The notes under the pieces were generated by a model. It saw nothing but the letters and a program-made list of their open reading frames with translations. It was not told the DNA's origin and made no database searches. This document shows, in pieces, positions 57,642 through 64,000 of a stretch of DNA of 64,000 bases (position 1 is its first letter; each line of letters begins with the position of its first letter). The translations under genes and the position numbers were made by a program. Source of the stretch: Octopus vulgaris (Eukaryota). The stretch covers positions 4,526,001 to 4,590,000 of the forward strand of contig OX597837.1 in assembly GCA_951406725.2 (NCBI GenBank), in the 5' to 3' direction.

Positions 57642-58643
57642 GTATGTATGTATGTATGTATATATATTCAGAAATGGTGTATTTACAATTTCAAATATCG
57701 AAATTTGACATTTCATGGGAGAAAGCATTTTTTTTTAAATGTAAGATTGATATTTAAAGTATTCAATTTATTCCAACTATTTTTTTTTTGTTCAAAGAAA
57801 ATTTGTTTGTAATTGCTAAATCTGTTTTGAAGTTGTCCAAGAACGAATTAGTGGAGTGTTTATTTTTTACATTTTGCTTGCTTTAACATGAAATGGTACG
57901 TTTCGAATTTCACTCGAAATCTCCTTGGATTAATTAAATACGTTTTCTTCGTTTTATTTATTTCTTTTTGTTTTTTGCTGAAATAATGGAAGTACTACTC
58001 TGTGATAGAATTCCCCTGATGTTTTTCTTCTTATTTTCAAAACAAAATTTTCAACTGATATCCAAATAAAAACTTGAAAACATTTCTCATCCGCTTCAGT
58101 GTAATTGTTAACATTTTGAAATCCTACACCGCAACCATCCGCAGTTTCTAACCTCTACCCTATAGATACAACTTTTCCTTGGAGTATATTCATCAGAATG
58201 AAAATAATCCAAACATTTACCGTCAGTGATATCTTAAAGTATTAAATTATTCCTCGTAAAGTAATGACCTTCAGATATCCACATGAAACAATAGTTTAAA
58301 CAGGGTCAAAGAAATATCAATATACGTCTTAACATTTCTTGCTTTCTTCTTTATTGATCTCACATTTAAATGTCTTTCAAGTAAACTATCAAAATTAGTT
58401 ACTGCTGAGGAATTCCAGTTAACAGTCTAAGAAGTCCTCTCAATGCTACAGACCCGTATGCCATTGGTATAGCACGATGCACGAAATTATCAAAATTTGC
58501 CGAATTATTTTGGCTAACGAATACCAAATAAAACATTTATCAGATTATACCGTTTGTTATAACTAACCACCGAAGGAAGTGAAACAAATAATAATAATAA
58601 TAATAATAATAATATTAATAATATTAATAATAATAATAATTTA

Positions 58644-58680
<37 letters not shown>

Positions 58681-58700
58681 TTAATAATAATAATAATTTA

Positions 58701-58741
<41 letters not shown>

Positions 58742-58773
58742 TGATGATGATGATGATAATAATAATAATAATG

Positions 58774-58809
<36 letters not shown>

Positions 58810-58832
58810 TCAATAATAATAATAATAATTTA

Positions 58833-58873
<41 letters not shown>

Positions 58874-58908
58874 TGATGATGATGATAATAATAATAATAA
58901 TAATAATG

Positions 58909-58957
<49 letters not shown>

Positions 58958-59126
58958 GTATTATTATTATTATTATTGTTGTTGTTGTTATTACTTAAAT
59001 TTCTGGCGCACAACAGGAATTTGCGGGGAGGGGTTACGTCGATTACATCGACCCCAAGGGTTCAACTGGTACTTACTTTATCGACCTTGAAAGCATGAAA
59101 ATCAAAGTCTACTGCGGCGGTATAAC

Positions 59127-59216
<90 letters not shown>

Positions 59217-59219
59217 AAA

Positions 59220-59470
59220 AATTACGACGATTGCGGAGGGTTTTTACAAATGCAATCCCAGTTTTTATAGGTGCTCTTAGCACCGTCAACAACGGGCATA
59301 ACAGCTCCTTTTTTCAGATAAGTGTAACTACGACAGTTGCCTTAATTCATAAAATCGGTTCTATTGGGAACACTTTGGGTTGTGAGAAAAGTCCTCGATG
59401 TCTAAGGAAACTGGTTGTGATCCGGTGTGAGAGTCATTGATTCTGAACATAAAACATTCGTGTACGACAT
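59220..59470 (+). mobile_element. Decayed R4/Dong-like 3' fragment
   Basis: AIPVFIGALSTV motif; between (TAA)n/(GAA)n and (TAA)n. Confidence 0.6.
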
Positions 59471-59506
59471 GAATAATATTATTAATAATAATTAACAATA
59501 ATAATG

Positions 59507-59573
<67 letters not shown>

Positions 59574-60009
59574 TAATAATAATAATAATAATAATGAAGA
59601 TAATAATAATGATAATAATAATAATTATAATAATAATAATAATAAAACTCTTTTATTTCTAGGGGATTTTACGTGGATAGTAGTTTACTATTTGCAACCT
59701 TACATATCCTCGTGATTTCAATAAATCATGAAGTCCTCAAAGCCTTTTTGATGATCTTCATTCTTCCTAAGAGTCAGTTATTCTCAAGAATCTCCTCGGG
59801 ACACTCCATTTCAATATAGTTTCTACATTTCCTTATATTAGTACTCACAGTCACTAATACACGAATTATGAAGTGAACTTTTACCAAGCCCCAAATCCCT
59901 CTGATCTCAAATTTTAAGGGATTGTAGTTTTCCAAATTATTCAAATTTTAAAAAAAAATTGTGCTGTTCCATTTTCTTATCCATTCGAATTATTATTACT
60001 ATTATTTTC

Positions 60010-60122
60010 CAGGGTCCAGGGGCGATAAATTAAGTACCGGTTAAGAACTGGGATCGACCTAATCGACTGGCCCCCTTCTCTCAAATTTCTGGCCTTGTGC
60101 CTATAATAGAAAGGATTATTAT
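60010..60122 (+). mobile_element. Family 2 SINE 3' part
   Basis: CGATAAATTAAGTACC..GATCGACCTAATCGACTGGCCCC..GGCCTTGTGCCTA. Confidence 0.7.
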
Positions 60123-60133
60123 TCTTGTTATTG

Positions 60134-60210
<77 letters not shown>

Positions 60211-60485
60211 GTTGTTGTTGTTGTTGTTGTTGTTATTATTATTATTATTATTCTTGCCGTCCTCGTCGTGTCATCATCATCATAATACTCATTATCATCA
60301 CCACTACCACCATCTTCATCATCATCATCATCATCATCACCATCATTATTCTTTTCAACTCCTGGGGTCTTGCATACACAGTGGAATTGCTACCTGTAGA
60401 CTACTGTACCAAGCTATCTGATCTTTACAACTATGTAATACTTTCCCGATTGTTATTATTATTATTATTGTTATTATTATTATTA

Positions 60486-60543
<58 letters not shown>

Positions 60544-60569
60544 ATTACTATTATCATTATTATTTACTT

Positions 60570-60865
60570 TTAATCTGTATGTTTGCTATAATCGCTTGCC
60601 GAGACACACCCAGCATCCTAGGGCGAGTGATGGATAAGAGATGTTGCAGTATGACTAAAAGCTTGGGGAAGGGAAGTGGCAGGGGCAGTAGCGAAATGTC
60701 TTCATGTAATACAACACAGACAATTAAATGGATAGGGTTTTTCTAAGCATGTATTCAGTACTTGTCAGCACAATGTTTTAGATTTCTCTGAAGCATGATT
60801 CTCCTGGGAGGTTATCTTGATATTTCTCTCATCCCTTTTTTTTATCAGAAATTGGGCACCTAAAC
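60570..60865 (-). mobile_element. Decayed R4/Dong-like 3' fragment
   Basis: Homologous to 36020-36290; flanked by (TTA)n. Confidence 0.65.
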
Positions 60866-60870
60866 TATTA

Positions 60871-61006
<136 letters not shown>

Positions 61007-61020
61007 CATTATTATTATTA

Positions 61021-61061
<41 letters not shown>

Positions 61062-62085
61062 ATTTACAGCATCGAATATTTGTGAATCTTAGGCACCCAT
61101 GCTGTTGATAGTCAAGCTGTCTGACCTTTCGTTGATCAGAGGTTTCTGTCAAAATATAAACGACCCTGTTCATTTTATGAGGTACAGTACTATTTATTAT
61201 AGGGACGCCAATATACTGGCATGATATTTTACGATCCCAGATAGAATGACAAACAAAAAATCAGTGGCAAACTAAAGAAAAATAGTAACTATGTACAAGC
61301 TGGCCGTTGTGTCGAAGGTTTTAACGACTCTACACGAACACCGCCGTATTTAACACATAACATTTTTTAATCATTTGCATTATAATAGTTTATTTCTTCT
61401 GGTTGTCATTAAAATCATTTTAGTATTTATGAATAAATTCATGAAAGATAAACATATTCCAAGAAATATAAATCAAACAAAATAATAGAAACACACGCTC
61501 CACACACGCACGTACGTACGCACTAACACACATACGCAAGCACACGCGCTTTGAGACATTTTTGTGTACTAGTAGTAGAAAGAGAATACATTTATATGGT
61601 AAAATACTCATTATACACAGGAGAAATATTACTTCCCATTCTCAAAGCCTGTTAATTACAATGGCTTACAAAATTCATTTACAACCGGCATAAACCAGGA
61701 GGCACACACACCAAACTGTAAATATCTGTATTGCGTGTGTGTATAAGTGTGCTTGTGTGTGACAGTTTGTATGACTGTATATATGTATATATATATATAT
61801 ATGCGTGTATATGTATGTACACACATATATATATTCACATATGTATACATATATTTTTAAATACGTATACATATATGTACATTTATATACATACATATAC
61901 GTGTATTTTTATATATATATATGCATTCATACATATATATGCATGTGAGTATGAATGTGTTTATGTATATCAATAAATGAGGTAAGGATTTCATAAGCGT
62001 ATATACATACAAATATACATAAAAATATGTTTTATACACTCATATATGTCAAAATATCTCTATGCATGTCTATGTATGTATATAC

Positions 62086-62151
<66 letters not shown>

Positions 62152-62310
62152 CTATGTCTTAATATATGCACTTTAACATATACACTTTAACATAAGGTGA
62201 GCTTTTTCCGATAGCAAAGCATAAGCGTTTAGGCATATTGGCTTATATATTAGCCATATAAATACGCTTTCTTATGTCACGTTTAGCGTCTGAATTTGTT
62301 TATACACAAA

Positions 62311-62366
<56 letters not shown>

Positions 62367-63332
62367 TATGCATATGTATATGTATGTATATATATATATA
62401 TATATCAACACACACACACACACATATACATGTAATTCTGTCCTTCGCGTGTCGTTATAAATTAAGATCAAGTAAATTTTGATTTTCATTTACAGAGAAT
62501 ACAATCAGAATATAACAATAATTATTATTGAAGTAAAACAAAAAAGAATTACTGACAAGATAATAACAAATGGTATAACTAGCGATTAAAATTTAACATC
62601 TTGTAACAATTTAAATCAACATATGTTCTTGCAAATCTGCAGGAAAATTACTGTTCAGTACAACTCGCTGGATTGAAAACAATGTAAAACCCAGCCGCTT
62701 GATTTTTCTCTTTTATGTTCGCTGGTCATGCCAGATTGTTAATTTGGTATCTTTAGTGTTAAACCCAGTGCATCTCTTGCTTGCTTTTGCCGTAATTATT
62801 ATACTTGAAATATAATTTTTGTTGTGTTCTTTTGTTATTTAATTCATGTTTTCTTTTTGTTTTTTATTTATTTGTTCTTTGAGAAGTAAAACGGTGTTAC
62901 TTTGAAACGTTTGTATAATTCGCCATTTATGGTTGTGACTCCATAATATCAAATTTTTTTTCTTAATTTTTTTTTGTTGTATTTCAGTAAGTTGTCAACA
63001 CGACATAGTGTTTAGTATCAACACCAATATCATTGTCGTCGTGGTAGTCGTCGAAATCATCATGATCATCATCATCATCACAGTTGTAATAACATATACT
63101 GTTTCTTTTTTATTCCAGATTTATATATATATTTTTTTGTTTAAATATTTTTCATGTCTATTTCTTGTAACAAGAAATAATTCCTGAAACAACACTCTCT
63201 TTCTCCACCTGTTCGTTATCATCATCATCATCATTATCAATTTTGTTATTTTTTTTATTCAAGTCTTAAAGATTTTATTATTATTTATCTATTTCATTTT
63301 ATTGGTAATTTCTTCTGGCAAGGAATAACTTC

Positions 63333-64000
63333 TCACAGGACACTATTTTGTAGAATTTCCTTGTCGCCAGAAGTTTCTTCAATGTCATTTACAATTTGTT
63401 TCACATTCGATTTCTCACTTTCGATATTTGTCTCTTTCTCTGCTTGAGCAAATGTATTTTCCACTTTGACAATGGTGTTCTGTTGTTTCGTAACCTTCAT
63501 TTCGTAATTTTGGCATTCATCTTCGTCAAATTTGGTTAATTCCGTGCATTGGTTGTTTCGAGGACACATACTGTTTTCTGCCGTCAGAGATTTACTGACT
63601 TCGAATTTCGATACGCATTTAAAGGCTTTTGAAAAGCTCTTACGGAAATTGTCGCTAAGGAAATTGTACAGGAATGGGTTCATCATACTGTTCGCTAAAG
63701 TTAGGAACGTGAACAGATGAAACGCAGTAATTCCCCAGAACGATGGTCTCCAGAACGATGCCTTGGCAATTATGATGATTTGTAATGTCCAGTATGGTAG
63801 CCAACACATCATGTATACACCGATAATGGCCAGTACCATTTTAGTTACCCTGCGGTTAGATTTTTTCTTTTCTTTCTGTTTATTGGCTGGGCCTAATTTA
63901 CTGAGGCGAAGTATTACCATAATGTAAAAGAACGATATCAGAACCATTGGAATGGCGTACGACAAAAAGAAGCAGTACAAAATAAACGCTTTAGTCCCTT
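63333..64000 (-). CDS. AstC-R: Class A neuropeptide GPCR, allatostatin-C/somatostatin receptor-like (TM5-TM7 + C-tail; 5' part outside the window)
   Basis: Frame is open to the window end (GTKAFILYCFFLSYAIP..), with KEKKKSNRRVTKMVL, TM6 CWLPYW and TM7 NSMMNPFLYNFLSDNFRKSF; TGA stop at 63333-63335. Confidence 0.88.
   Translation of the reverse strand, partial: GTKAFILYCFFLSYAIPMVLISFFYIMVILRLSKLGPANKQKEKKKSNRRVTKMVLAIIGVYMMCWLPYWTLQIIIIAKASFWRPSFWGITAFHLFTFLTLANSMMNPFLYNFLSDNFRKSFSKAFKCVSKFEVSKSLTAENSMCPRNNQCTELTKFDEDECQNYEMKVTKQQNTIVKVENTFAQAEKETNIESEKSNVKQIVNDIEETSGDKEILQNSVL

Overview
AT-rich, microsatellite-saturated animal genomic DNA. The SINE families and repeat landscape look like an octopus or other coleoid cephalopod (inferred, not checked). 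The only host gene is at the right edge: the 3' part (TM5-TM7 plus C-tail) of a minus-strand allatostatin-C/somatostatin-receptor-like GPCR (63333 to the window end). The rest is intergenic and full of transposons: (i) many Penelope-like element (PLE) fragments with RT, GIY-YIG or pseudo-LTR sequence, mostly next to (TA)n and often folded into inverted repeats; (ii) about 11 fragments of R4/Dong-like RLE LINEs sitting strand-specifically in (TAA)n; (iii) one APE-RT CR1/L2-group LINE whose 3' end is shared with a tRNA/CORE-type SINE; (iv) several tRNA-derived SINE families, two non-autonomous Helitrons, a Helitron helicase relic and a MITE with an 8-bp TSD. The most striking element is an ORF-less, near-identical ~492-bp tandem array (51651-53847, preceded by an inverted partial copy). 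Each full unit carries a complete type I hammerhead ribozyme with an unusually long stem II, which makes it a retrozyme-like, candidate circular-RNA-producing element. About 15 further intact or decayed hammerhead motifs from several families lie in PLE ends across the window. All coordinates and base pairings were read by eye; edges of decayed elements are approximate.
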